DNA from: Candidatus Nanohaloarchaea archaeon
GTDB lineage: Archaea; Nanohalarchaeota; Nanosalinia; Nanosalinales; Nanosalinaceae
Assembly: GCA_042218075.1 (NCBI GenBank)
Contig: JBDGRK010000027.1
Span: 1-51,601, forward strand
Length of the DNA: 51,601 nucleotides
Direction of reading: 5' to 3'
A program made the position numbers and the translations under genes. A model generated the notes under the pieces. The model made no database searches. It saw only the letters and a list, made by a program, of their open reading frames with translations, and was not told the origin of the DNA. Below are positions 35,521 through 45,448 of the stretch, piece by piece. Numbering within the stretch: position 1 is the stretch's first letter; each line of letters opens with the position of its first letter.

Positions 35521-36555
35521 GTGAACACTGATAAACTGACAGTTGCGGTTTTTGCTTCATTGCTGATGCTTTCTCCCGTACTTGCCCAGGATTCGACTCA
35601 GGACTGTGAGGCCCAGATACAGGAACTTGAGGACCAGATGATGCAGGAGATGGAATCCGCGAACTCGACGGAGGAGAGGGAAGCCATACAGGAGGACTAC
35701 GAGCAGAGGATCCAGGAACTGGAGAAGGAGTGCTACCAGCAGGAGAACGAAACGGAGGAGCCTAACCAGACGTTTGAGGAAGCGCCCGAAGAAAGACCTT
35801 CCGACTATCCAAGAGAGGAAGAAGTAAATGACCGGGAAGAACCGCCTGAGAACTTCAGTGAAGCCGTTGAGGAGGAGCCGCGTGAAAACATATCTGTGGA
35901 GTTTAATAATGAGCTACCGCCTTCTGTCCCCGAAAAATGCAGGCAGAAGGTGAAGGAGGTACAGAAGGAGTACAGGCAAAGGATTGAATCCTCATCTCGG
36001 GATAAGATGGAACAGCTAATGGAAGAAATGGACAGGGAGGTTGAAAAAGTGCTTGAAAAATGTGCCGGCAGTGTTGAGTCGGGAGCTCCGGAGAACCTGA
36101 GCGTACCCGAGGGAGTACCCGAAGAGATACCGGAGGATAAGAGACAGAAGATGAGGAAGAGGATATGCAAGCCCCTGAAGCAGAAGCTGGAGCAGAAGAA
36201 CCAGAGGATCGAAAAGCTGGAGGAAAGGGTGAGCGAACTCGAGTCGCAGCTCGAGGAATCCGGCCAGCAAGTGCCTGATAGCGATGTTCCTCCTGAAGTC
36301 AGTGAACCGAAACCGGTGGAGCCGGAGAAGCAGGACAGTGATCAGCCTCCGGGAACGCCTTCAGCGCCTGATCAGGAACCGGGTGCTGGAGATCAGTCAG
36401 CCACGGGAGCTGACTCGGGATCCGGTACAGCGAATCAGCAGCCAGAGCAATCAGGAGAGAAGGGTCAGGGAGCTAATCAGAATCAGGCTGAGCAATCTTC
36501 GGGTGAAGGATCCGGTGGACTTGTCTCCGGGATAGTCGGTTCGATCTTCGGCTAG
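35521..36555 (+). CDS. Secreted acidic coiled-coil protein with paired-Cys helical repeats
   Basis: Signal peptide (…SPVLA|QD), Cx41C and Cx40C segments, E/P/Q-rich linkers, C-terminal GGLVSGIVGSIFG. Confidence 0.8.
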   Translation: MNTDKLTVAVFASLLMLSPVLAQDSTQDCEAQIQELEDQMMQEMESANSTEEREAIQEDYEQRIQELEKECYQQENETEEPNQTFEEAPEERPSDYPREEEVNDREEPPENFSEAVEEEPRENISVEFNNELPPSVPEKCRQKVKEVQKEYRQRIESSSRDKMEQLMEEMDREVEKVLEKCAGSVESGAPENLSVPEGVPEEIPEDKRQKMRKRICKPLKQKLEQKNQRIEKLEERVSELESQLEESGQQVPDSDVPPEVSEPKPVEPEKQDSDQPPGTPSAPDQEPGAGDQSATGADSGSGTANQQPEQSGEKGQGANQNQAEQSSGEGSGGLVSGIVGSIFG

Positions 36556-36559
36556 TTTT

Positions 36560-36955
36560 TCAGTCGTCTGAGGCCTCGACTTCTTCTCTATCGTAAAATT
36601 CGTCGGCAAGTTCCTCAACGTATTCTTTTGATTTAAGGAATTCATGGGCGTATGCATCCACTGCCAGCTTCTTGGCCGCAAAGCCTGATCTGGTGCTTAC
36701 CTGGTCGAGGTTTATTCTGAACGGGAAATCCGGCCATTCATGGTCGTAATCCATATCTCTCGCGAATGGTGTGGCCTGGTTCATCATGTCGTAGAATTCC
36801 CTGAATTCATCGTAGAGATCCTCGAGGTAGTTTACAGCCCTTTCAAGTTTTAGCCTGGAATCTGTTTCAACCCCCTTTTCCGCGAAATATTCGGCGGCTT
36901 CCATCTCTTCTGGCGCGGATAGCAGCCTGTCTGCCTTCCTCTCCAGTTCCCTCAC
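36560..36955 (-). CDS. Acidic hypothetical protein
   Basis: 131 aa, GTG start, halophile composition, fills the gap between genes. Confidence 0.7.
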   Translation of the reverse strand: MRELERKADRLLSAPEEMEAAEYFAEKGVETDSRLKLERAVNYLEDLYDEFREFYDMMNQATPFARDMDYDHEWPDFPFRINLDQVSTRSGFAAKKLAVDAYAHEFLKSKEYVEELADEFYDREEVEASDD

Positions 36956-37041
36956 GAATCGTGATGATCCAGAATTTTTTTATTATGCGGTGACCACAGT
37001 CTCCCTGCCTGTTTTTAATACTGGAGTTTCAGATTTCGAAT

Positions 37042-37428
37042 GTGGAAAGGACAAAAGAAGGAGCGAAAAAGTATTTCAGCGAATTGCTGAGGAGGGAGGA
37101 TGAACTCAGGGCTTCCGCTCTGGCTGAGGCTGAGACCCGGAGCCAGGCTTGGGATGAGTTTTCTGAGCTTATGGAGGATGCGAGTCTTTTATTGACCCGG
37201 GATGGAGAAAGAGCTGATGTTGAGGACGTTAACTGGAGAGCCATAGAGGATGACAGAGTGGAGTACGGAGTTGAGACAGGGAATGAAGAAACTGTCTACT
37301 ATGTACGTAAAGAAAAAATCGGAAATCTCTGAACAGCTGTAGATGTCAGGGAGAGAGGAGACGGTAATCTTATGAAAAGGCTGCGTGATCTCGACCTGAT
37401 GAACCAGTTTTTCCCCAGTTGTACCTAG
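37042..37428 (+). pseudogene. Hypothetical gene with an in-frame TGA at 37330-37332
   Basis: 96-aa ORF continues in frame as TAVDVRERGDGNLMKRLRDLDLMNQFFPSCT* to a TAG that overlaps the hel308 stop (CTAG). Confidence 0.5.
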
Positions 37429-39683
37429 AAGTAATCCATGATATTTTCCCTGTCGAAGATGTTCTCCTGGCCGACCTGCTTCTTCAGCTTCCTCGCGGTC
37501 TTCTTCCCGATCAGGCGTTTCAGCTTCTCGAATTCTGAGTCCCTTATCTGCTGTCGATCGCGAATTCCATGGTCGTGGAGCTTTCTCGCCCTGACTCTTC
37601 CGATCTGGTCGTACTGCACCAGGTTCAGCAGCTCTTCCTGTATTCCATGCTTCAGCCTTATACCCAGCTTCTCAAGTTCCGTCTCTACCTCGTATTCCTT
37701 GAGTCTTGCTAGTTCTTTCGAGGCGTAGATCAGCCAGTCCGCGTCCTGCATCTTGGCTCTTATACCCCCTGGAGCAACTCCGTATTTATCCATCAGCCTT
37801 TCCTCATCCACTTCGGAGATCCATCCCTGCAGCAGCATGGCATTCTTCATGCACTCCATGAAATGCTCGTAGCGGGGCTCCCACTCGTTCGGAACCGACT
37901 CAAGTATGTACTTCTCCGCATCCGACATAGCGTTCTGTATCTCGCTCCACTCCTTGTCCTTGACGCGGGGTCGGGGTTGCATTTCTGTCGTCCTGGAAAG
38001 CATGAACAGGTAGGAGATCGGCCTATTATCTTTTTCCTCTGCTTTCTCTAAAGATTCAAGAATCAGGTTCGCGGAGTCCGGATCGATGTAGAGCTCGGAT
38101 ACCCTTCTCCCTGTCTTCGTAGCTGAAACATCTTCGGTCAGGAACTCGTATTCTATCAGGTCCTGTACCACAGATCTTATCTTCTCCTCAACTTCCTCCA
38201 TATCGCCGAACTGATGAGCGTAAAAGGTCTTCTCGTAGAAATTAACTAAATCTTCAAAAGAGGAGCAGAAGTTTGAAGCGACTAGGGAGAGAGTGTGCAT
38301 CCTCAGGATCGGCTCCGCCGCAAGCTTCGACTGGATATGCTCTGCTTCTCCCAGTATATATCTCTCAAGTATCTCCTCCTTCATGCCTGGATTCTTGGCT
38401 ATAGCGATCGCCTCTCCCTGATCATCGTACTTCGGTCTTCCAGCTCTGCCTGTCATTTGCTCAAACTCCAAAACAGGTATCCAGTCCATTCCCTGTCCCG
38501 TGTAACGTTTCAAATCCCTCATTATGACCCTGTAGGCCGGGAGATTGATTCCAGCTGCAAGAGTCGGCGTGGCTGAGACTGTCCTAATTAGTCCTTCCAT
38601 GAAGGCCTCTTCAATTAGCTTTCTCTGTTTGTTAATAAGCCCAGCGTGGTGATAGGCCGCTCCTTTCTTTACATTCTCCGCTAAACGTTTGCACTGGGAA
38701 GTTGGATTTCCTAAAACGTTCAGTATTTCTTCAGAGTACTCTTCCAGCTCCTGTCTATCCTCTCTAGAAAGATCTGGTTCAGTTACCTCTGCACATCGAT
38801 CTGAACTTTTCTCCGCTCCTTTCCTTGATGAGCAGAATATTATCGCCTGTTTTTTCATTTCGAGTGTGTTTTCCACAAGGTTTGATGTCGGTCTTCCGTG
38901 ATTATCTTCAATAAAAATCTCTTCTGTCTCCATCTCCTGCTTTTCTTTCTCTTCTTCAGCTATCTCCTTGCCTGTCTTGAAACCCGAGTCGTTGTTCGCT
39001 TCATTTGAACTCTCATTCGAGTAACCTTCCGGGAAGTACTCCACCTCGTTCCCCTCCATGATTCCCTCTTTCAGTTCGACAGGACGATAATCTGACTCAA
39101 CAAGCTCTGCGTCTAGCCATTCTGCCATCTCTTCGGAGTTGCTTATAGTCGCGCTCAGACCCAGCAGCTGGAAATCAAGGACATCTCTCAGCCTTGTCAG
39201 CGTCACCTCGAGAGTGGGTCCTCTTTCCGGAGAAGTAAGAAGATGAATCTCGTCTGTCACCACCAGGTTGATCTCATGTATCCAGGAAGGGCTGTGCCTC
39301 AGCATCGAGTCAAGCTTCTCTGAAGTCACGATCACTATGTCCGCAGTCTCAAGGTAATCTCCCGACTCGTCCCTATCCCCAACAGACATCATCACATCAA
39401 GCTCGGAGTAGCGCTCCGAGAAATCCCGGTACTTTTCAGAGGCGAGGGCTTTCAGCGGAACGATGTAAATCGCCTTTCCCCCCTGCTTCTTCACCTGGTT
39501 GACCATCGCCAGCTCCGCTATCAGGGTCTTACCAGAGGCAGTTGGAGACGCGACAACCATGTCCTCTCCCTCCAGAAGCCCCGCCTCAACAGCCTTCTCC
39601 TGCGGAGGATTCAGTTCGGTTATACCCGATTCTATGTACTCTTTCTTCACTTTCTCAGGAAGCTTGAGATCCTCCACTTTCAT
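37425..39683 (-). CDS. hel308: Ski2-like SF2 DNA helicase Hel308/Hjm
   Basis: LNPPQ, PTASGKT, PLKALASEK, DEIH, LSAT, RPVEL, HHAGL, TPTLAAGINLPA, QMTGRAGRP, HhH IGRVRARKL. Confidence 0.96.
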   Translation of the reverse strand: MKVEDLKLPEKVKKEYIESGITELNPPQEKAVEAGLLEGEDMVVASPTASGKTLIAELAMVNQVKKQGGKAIYIVPLKALASEKYRDFSERYSELDVMMSVGDRDESGDYLETADIVIVTSEKLDSMLRHSPSWIHEINLVVTDEIHLLTSPERGPTLEVTLTRLRDVLDFQLLGLSATISNSEEMAEWLDAELVESDYRPVELKEGIMEGNEVEYFPEGYSNESSNEANNDSGFKTGKEIAEEEKEKQEMETEEIFIEDNHGRPTSNLVENTLEMKKQAIIFCSSRKGAEKSSDRCAEVTEPDLSREDRQELEEYSEEILNVLGNPTSQCKRLAENVKKGAAYHHAGLINKQRKLIEEAFMEGLIRTVSATPTLAAGINLPAYRVIMRDLKRYTGQGMDWIPVLEFEQMTGRAGRPKYDDQGEAIAIAKNPGMKEEILERYILGEAEHIQSKLAAEPILRMHTLSLVASNFCSSFEDLVNFYEKTFYAHQFGDMEEVEEKIRSVVQDLIEYEFLTEDVSATKTGRRVSELYIDPDSANLILESLEKAEEKDNRPISYLFMLSRTTEMQPRPRVKDKEWSEIQNAMSDAEKYILESVPNEWEPRYEHFMECMKNAMLLQGWISEVDEERLMDKYGVAPGGIRAKMQDADWLIYASKELARLKEYEVETELEKLGIRLKHGIQEELLNLVQYDQIGRVRARKLHDHGIRDRQQIRDSEFEKLKRLIGKKTARKLKKQVGQENIFDRENIMDYF

Positions 39684-39935
39684 GCAAAAATCATTATTCG
39701 GGAAGTCTTTTGACTCTGTCGAGATGCCTTTCTTCTGGTTCCCTGAATGGTATAATACGGGGGATGTAGCAGTTATTTGGTAAAATGAACAAAATTCGGT
39801 AATAAAGCTTTTTCGGATTCAAGATTTGGTGTTTCGTGATGGAGGTGAGAATAGTCAATTATTCAAAAATTGACACAGCAGGGATCTCTCAGCCAAATAG
39901 ATTTAAATAATAACTTTACCAATTAAAGCTAAATC

Positions 39936-42900
39936 ATGTCCAAATCGTGTACAGAATCGAAAGTTCTACTTCTATCCGGACTGCTTGTTCTGTCAGTTGG
40001 TATCGTTTCAGCGCAGGGCCTGACACTGAATGTTATCAGTCCGCCCCAGAACAATTCGGTGACCAGCAACGAAACAATTCATATCAACGCTACAGTTGAT
40101 CCGGAAGGAGACAGTAAGGGATGGTCTGCCTACAACCTGACTTACGTTGATTCCAGTCCTCCTCAACCGGAAAAAATCAATAAAAGCTTCAATACCACCC
40201 TGGATGCTGGAACCTTGGAACCAGGAAACTATAATCTCACGTTCAAGGCTCAGGACAGTGCGGGAGATACCGGTGACAAGCTTATCAACTTCTCAATTGC
40301 AGGTGGCGGCGGAGGTCCTGAAGGTCCGGGAGGAGGCGGCGAAGGCCTTGAAATAGATGACCAGAAGGCTTCTACCCGAGACACTGAATCTCCGAACATC
40401 GCGTTTCTTGGGAACGACCTGGATCTCCAGAACGGCGATATCTCCCATCTCTATAATCTGACAAGGAATATCTCAACCTCTGAAACCCTGATAGATGGCC
40501 ACAATGTTACGGATGATCCGATCACCACATCTCTCTCCGATCCTGAGGGAAGATACACTCTATACGACGAGAATAATTCCAACAACAATATCAGCATCGA
40601 TCTTGTGCGAAATTACAGCGAGGTAGTGGGGAGGGTGAACTCGACGAATGTGACCAATGTATCGATGCACTACTGGCAGAATGGATCCTACGAGCCGGGC
40701 CTGAGGCAGGGTTTCAGCCTGAACACCAGCTGGGATAATTCGACTGGAGAATCCCTTTTTCGCATGAATATTACGGACTCTGTCTCAAAGTTCTGGCTCA
40801 ACATCACTTTAGATTCCGGCAGCAAGTTCACGACTTCCAGGGGAGCCCAGGCATTCAGGAAGAATGTTCAGGTTCCAAGGGTGAACGATGTCAATATTTT
40901 CGGAACAGCAAACTTCACGGGCAATGTAACGAACAACATGACAAATGCTCCAGAGAAGAATATCAGGGTAAGAATAAGGAGGAAACCCGGCAACGAGTTC
41001 TATCCGTCGAGGTTCCCTAAAGCGACCGTGCCGCCCACGAAGTATCAGCTTACCGATTCCTCTGGCAGGTACAAGTTCACCGGACTGCAGAGCGGGAACT
41101 ACATAGTAGATGTCCGGAATTACTCCGCCGCAAGGTCCAGCAAGAGAAGTGCGCTTGATTCGATGGGTACTCCGGCTAAACCAAACTTCCCCGGCAATAA
41201 AGATTTCAACGTAACCATGGATGTTGGCAACGCCAGCCTCAAGATGATCGGGAATAGCGGGTCGAACCTACGGTATGGATTCATAATCAGTAACTACAAT
41301 TCGGGGAACAGCTACCTGAAAACAGGAGTGAATCCGGGAGTTGAAACCCGGATCACAGTTCCGAACGGTTCGTACAGCATCCTTGCGGCAAAGTTCGTGA
41401 GCTCTGACGGTTTCTTCCCTTCCATTCTCACGGATTCCGCGAATGTGTTGGTTCCGGAAGGCAGTAGCTCCCAGACTAAAGAACTCGGCTTCCCGAAGCT
41501 GGTGACGATTAACGGTACTGTGGAGGATTCCAGCAATAATCCGGTGAAGAACGTGCAGGTTATCGCGGAGAACCAGAGCGAGGCCGCGTTCTTCAGCGGC
41601 AGGACGGACAGCAACGGCGAATACTCGCTCAAGGTCAGGAACCAGACTAATTATTCCCTTACAGTCGAACCAGGATTCGATTCAGAGCTAAGCAGTAAGA
41701 ACAAAACCATCTCGGTTCCGGAGAACAAGACGGTAGACTTCACGCTCTCCACGGGCCCCTACATCGAGGGTTACTACAACATAAGCAGCGATGGCACAGG
41801 AGTTGAGGATGTGAGGATAAACGCTTTCAATTCGTCCCTGAACTCCTATGGCTTTGCGGAAACCGGTCCGAACGGTTACTTCAAGATTGGAGGGCTGAGA
41901 AACAACACCGACTACACCCTGTTTGTTGAGACCCCTCCAGGTTACCCGAGCAAGCAGAGGCAGGATGTCACCGCGCTTTCATCCGGGAACTGGACGAACT
42001 TCACCTCGGGCAGCACTCAGAGGTACGACCTTAATGGAACGATAAAGTCGGAGTCCGGAAAGAGGCTCAACGCAACTGTTATTATCGAATCCCTGTCGAC
42101 AGGAAAGAGAAGTACCAACATAACCTCGAATGGGTCTTACTCGTTCTCACAGATTGACAGCGGCTCGTACGGTGTGCTAATAGAACCCGAAAACAGCAGC
42201 TTCAGCTCCGAGAGAACCCGGCTAGGGCTTTCCTCGAACGAGACTGTGAACTTCAGTCTCTCGAGGCTAAACACAGTTTCTGGTTACGTGACCTCGAAGT
42301 CAGGAAACACTGGGTTATCTGATGTGCTAGTGGTCGCGAGGAACACCACTTCCGGCAGCTTCGGCAGCGACAGGACGAATTCTTCGGGATACTACAGTAT
42401 TGAAGTCTCAAATGTCAGCCATACAGTTGAACTGTATCCCGCCCCTGACTCCAGTTACCAGTACAACAGTTCATCGATAAATACTTCGGTCATAGGCGGG
42501 AGCAGGGACTTTGAACTTGAATCAGGGGTGTACCTGGCCGGGAATGTAAGAGATCCGGGCGTGAAAAATCTCTCGGGTTACATCAGCATATGGAACAACA
42601 GTGTGAATATCACACGCTACCAGAAGTTCGATGACGGCAGTTATAACGTTACAGGACTGGATAAATCGGTAGGCTACAATATCTACGTCAACACCGATAA
42701 CAGCAGCTATGGATTCAACAGATCTAGTATAACCGACAAGAGTGTCCCGGGAACGAGGGATTTCAACTTCACTGGACTGAAAGGACCGGAGGTCTGGGTG
42801 ACCGTTAAGGCTAATTCAACTGGAGGAACGCTGGCTAATGCAACAGTAACGCTTAATGGCAGCGTCCGGACGACTAATTCTCAGGGTATAGCCAAGTTCG

Positions 42901-43343
42901 GGAAACAGGTTGATGGGAAAAAAGTCACGATCAAGGCGACTAAGACGAATTACAATACATCCCTTGAACAGGTAACGGTTAAGACCAACTACTCTTCAGG
43001 TGCAGGAAGGTCTTCAAGGGAGATTCAGAATGAGACTCTGGTGATCAATAACTCCATAGGGAATCTGGTTGATGTCTCCATCAATGTCACGGACGGGTCT
43101 GGTTCATACGTTTCCCAGGCAACAGTGGTAGCGAGGTCCAACGCAACAGGCAGGACCTCTTCCGGTATAACGGACAACTCGGGATCGGCGACGCTCTCCA
43201 ACATCCTCCCCGGCAAGAACTATGTGACAGCCATCTCTTCAGGTAACAAACTGGAGGTGCTGAATGTGACATTCACGAGGGGCGATGACACGAGTACCAC
43301 GAGAGGAAATAACTTCGACCTGGAGTACGAGGTGCCTAAATAG
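39936..43343 (+). CDS. Large secreted beta-sandwich (carboxypeptidase-regulatory-like/Cna-B repeat) glycoprotein
   Basis: Signal peptide; repeated GxV...V.(N/D)VxV...T(D/N)xxGxY modules; more than 60 N-x-S/T sequons by eye; no C-terminal TM. Confidence 0.85.
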   Translation: MSKSCTESKVLLLSGLLVLSVGIVSAQGLTLNVISPPQNNSVTSNETIHINATVDPEGDSKGWSAYNLTYVDSSPPQPEKINKSFNTTLDAGTLEPGNYNLTFKAQDSAGDTGDKLINFSIAGGGGGPEGPGGGGEGLEIDDQKASTRDTESPNIAFLGNDLDLQNGDISHLYNLTRNISTSETLIDGHNVTDDPITTSLSDPEGRYTLYDENNSNNNISIDLVRNYSEVVGRVNSTNVTNVSMHYWQNGSYEPGLRQGFSLNTSWDNSTGESLFRMNITDSVSKFWLNITLDSGSKFTTSRGAQAFRKNVQVPRVNDVNIFGTANFTGNVTNNMTNAPEKNIRVRIRRKPGNEFYPSRFPKATVPPTKYQLTDSSGRYKFTGLQSGNYIVDVRNYSAARSSKRSALDSMGTPAKPNFPGNKDFNVTMDVGNASLKMIGNSGSNLRYGFIISNYNSGNSYLKTGVNPGVETRITVPNGSYSILAAKFVSSDGFFPSILTDSANVLVPEGSSSQTKELGFPKLVTINGTVEDSSNNPVKNVQVIAENQSEAAFFSGRTDSNGEYSLKVRNQTNYSLTVEPGFDSELSSKNKTISVPENKTVDFTLSTGPYIEGYYNISSDGTGVEDVRINAFNSSLNSYGFAETGPNGYFKIGGLRNNTDYTLFVETPPGYPSKQRQDVTALSSGNWTNFTSGSTQRYDLNGTIKSESGKRLNATVIIESLSTGKRSTNITSNGSYSFSQIDSGSYGVLIEPENSSFSSERTRLGLSSNETVNFSLSRLNTVSGYVTSKSGNTGLSDVLVVARNTTSGSFGSDRTNSSGYYSIEVSNVSHTVELYPAPDSSYQYNSSSINTSVIGGSRDFELESGVYLAGNVRDPGVKNLSGYISIWNNSVNITRYQKFDDGSYNVTGLDKSVGYNIYVNTDNSSYGFNRSSITDKSVPGTRDFNFTGLKGPEVWVTVKANSTGGTLANATVTLNGSVRTTNSQGIAKFGKQVDGKKVTIKATKTNYNTSLEQVTVKTNYSSGAGRSSREIQNETLVINNSIGNLVDVSINVTDGSGSYVSQATVVARSNATGRTSSGITDNSGSATLSNILPGKNYVTAISSGNKLEVLNVTFTRGDDTSTTRGNNFDLEYEVPK

Positions 43344-44972
43344 ATGAAGAGAGCAGCGATAGTGATCGCTACAGTGATGTTGATAGGTGCGGCAAGCGCA
43401 GCCAACGCCGAGATATCTGACGGGACGCCGGATGACATTGTACTGAACTCCTCGAACAGTTACTCCGTCGAGAAGCAGTTTGATGGAAGACCTTCCTCCC
43501 CGGATTCAGCGACTCACCGGTGGACCTGGAAGGAGAACAACACCCAGAAGACCGGAGAGACAGTGAGTTTCACCTTTACCAGGTCGAACGGGCAGGACAA
43601 CACCATAGAACTTACCGTTATAGAAAACACGAGCGACACCACAAGCGTGACACAGACCCTGAGGGATACTCCGGAGATCTCCTATACAAACGTAAACGAT
43701 ACATCGGTCGACCTGAACAGCTCAAACGGAGAGGTCAGGTTCGAGGCTTCAGCGAGCACAGAATTCGACTCCCCGGTCAGCTACGAGTGGACCGACAGCG
43801 GCGGATCAGTAGTTTCCAGCTCCCAGAACTTCACCAAGGACTTCACCAGCACTGGGGACTACACCTACACTGTAAATGTTACCGATGACGAGGGGTACTA
43901 CAGCTCCACTACCGTCAGCACGGTCAGCGTTACCGACAGCTCAAGCAGCAACAATAACAACAATAACAACAATAACAATAATAACAACGGTGGAGATGGC
44001 GGATCGACCGCCGGCACCGGGAAGGAAACGGTCAGCCTGGGCGACATAGCCTCGGGCAAGACTGAGAGCGCCAACTTCTACGACTCGCCTATCTCCCAGG
44101 TCTCTCTGAAAGTAAACCAGGAAGTGACAGATGTCCAGCTGACTTCGGAACCTAGCGACAGTCTTCCGAGCGAGGCAGACGAGGAAGCTCCGGGAGAAGT
44201 CTACGAGTACGTCAACCTGGAGAAGACTAACGTTTCCGACGACCAGATTGACAGCGTAGAGTTCGAGTTCAGCGTGAGCAAGGACTGGGTGAATAACAAC
44301 GATATAGTTGAGAACAGTATCAGCCTGAAGAGATACGATAACGGATGGAAGACACTGGAGACGAACAAGACAGACGAGACAGGAGATGAACTCTTCTTCG
44401 AGGCATCTTCCCCTGGACTATCGGCCTTCGCGATAACCGGTGAGAAGGCGAAGGCGGAGTTCGAGGTTACAGATGTTCAGGTCTCTCCAAGTACGGTGAA
44501 GACAGGTGAGAGCGTGAATGTCTCCGTAAAAGTGAAGAACACAGGTACGAAGGATGGCAGCTACACTGTTAGTTTCGACCTGGCGGGAGAAAGCTTTGAG
44601 AGAGATCTCCAGATTGATTCAGGCTCCTCAAAGACAGCAGAATTCTCGGTGAAAGTATCCAGCTCCGGGAGCTACAGCATAGATGTCGGGGGTTCCTCTG
44701 CATCGCTTGATGTAAACCAGCCCTCCCAGTCGCAGCAGAAGCAGCAGGCAACCAACAAGACCAGAACCCCGGGGAAATCATCCGAGGGAGGAACGAATCT
44801 GGCAGTAATCCTGGGCGGACTAGTTGCGGTGGTTGTTCTTGCTCTGGCCGCGGTATTCGTTTTCACCGACAAACGGCAGAGAGGAGAGTACATGGATGAA
44901 CTGGTCGACTTCCTCACAGGTGAGGAGGAAAGTGAAGAAGATGTAGGATGGGAAGGATTCGACGAGAATTAA
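43344..44972 (+). CDS. Membrane-anchored surface protein (PKD-like + PGF-pre-PGF + CARDB-like domains)
   Basis: Signal peptide; SYEW...GDYTYTVNVTD PKD pattern; VYEY...FSVSKDW...LKRY.NGW...SPGLSAFAITG; VKNTG; C-terminal TM. Confidence 0.88.
   Translation: MKRAAIVIATVMLIGAASAANAEISDGTPDDIVLNSSNSYSVEKQFDGRPSSPDSATHRWTWKENNTQKTGETVSFTFTRSNGQDNTIELTVIENTSDTTSVTQTLRDTPEISYTNVNDTSVDLNSSNGEVRFEASASTEFDSPVSYEWTDSGGSVVSSSQNFTKDFTSTGDYTYTVNVTDDEGYYSSTTVSTVSVTDSSSSNNNNNNNNNNNNNGGDGGSTAGTGKETVSLGDIASGKTESANFYDSPISQVSLKVNQEVTDVQLTSEPSDSLPSEADEEAPGEVYEYVNLEKTNVSDDQIDSVEFEFSVSKDWVNNNDIVENSISLKRYDNGWKTLETNKTDETGDELFFEASSPGLSAFAITGEKAKAEFEVTDVQVSPSTVKTGESVNVSVKVKNTGTKDGSYTVSFDLAGESFERDLQIDSGSSKTAEFSVKVSSSGSYSIDVGGSSASLDVNQPSQSQQKQQATNKTRTPGKSSEGGTNLAVILGGLVAVVVLALAAVFVFTDKRQRGEYMDELVDFLTGEEESEEDVGWEGFDEN
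43950..43988 (+). repeat. (AAC/AAT)13 poly-Asn linker
   Basis: 13 consecutive Asn codons inside a Ser/Gly linker. Confidence 0.95.
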
Positions 44973-45448
44973 TTTTTTCTCCCGTATTCGATGAATGATA
45001 TCTCTCCTCTATCATCTCTCGAAACCTGTTTCCATTTCTCCTCACTCCATTCAGGGAAGTATGAGTCGCCCTCGAAGCCTTGATGTATCCTTGTTACGAT
45101 CATCCTGTCCGCTTCCACTAGAACCTGCCGGTAAACGCTTGATCCGCCGATCACGTATACTTTTTCTCCATACTCTTCCGCCTTGCTCCACGCCTCCTCC
45201 AGAGATCCTGCCTTTTCAACCTCCCCCGGCAGATCGGGATCCGATCTTGTGAGCACTATGTTCTTCCTTGCCTCCAGAGGTCGGAAATCTTCAGGTATCG
45301 AGAAGTAGGTCTTCCGGCCCATCAAAACAGGACTTCCCATCGTCTCCTGCCTGAAATGCTCCATGTCCTCCGGGTAGTGCCACGGAATATCCCCGTCCTT
45401 GCCGATTACTCGATCCTCGTCCATCGCAACGATAACTATCTTCTCCAC
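44969..45448 (-). CDS. folA: Dihydrofolate reductase
   Basis: IVAMDEDRVIGKDGDIPW, MGRKT, RPL, RKNIVLTR, VIGG, EGDSYFP; GTG at 45448 (overlapping the upstream TAG) preferred over 45460. Confidence 0.96.
   Translation of the reverse strand: MEKIVIVAMDEDRVIGKDGDIPWHYPEDMEHFRQETMGSPVLMGRKTYFSIPEDFRPLEARKNIVLTRSDPDLPGEVEKAGSLEEAWSKAEEYGEKVYVIGGSSVYRQVLVEADRMIVTRIHQGFEGDSYFPEWSEEKWKQVSRDDRGEISFIEYGRKN

Noticed and set aside
31620-37428. Genome-wide stop-codon reassignment to explain the in-frame TAG and TGA cases
   Set aside because: Conserved genes end at expected positions with TAG (uS14, uS5, secY) and TGA (uS8, uL6, cbf5), so the standard code applies.
37425-39683. Intein in Hel308 or the SF1 helicase
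   Set aside because: Protein lengths are near normal, with no C/S...HN splice motifs or LAGLIDADG blocks; the insertion is a short acidic loop.
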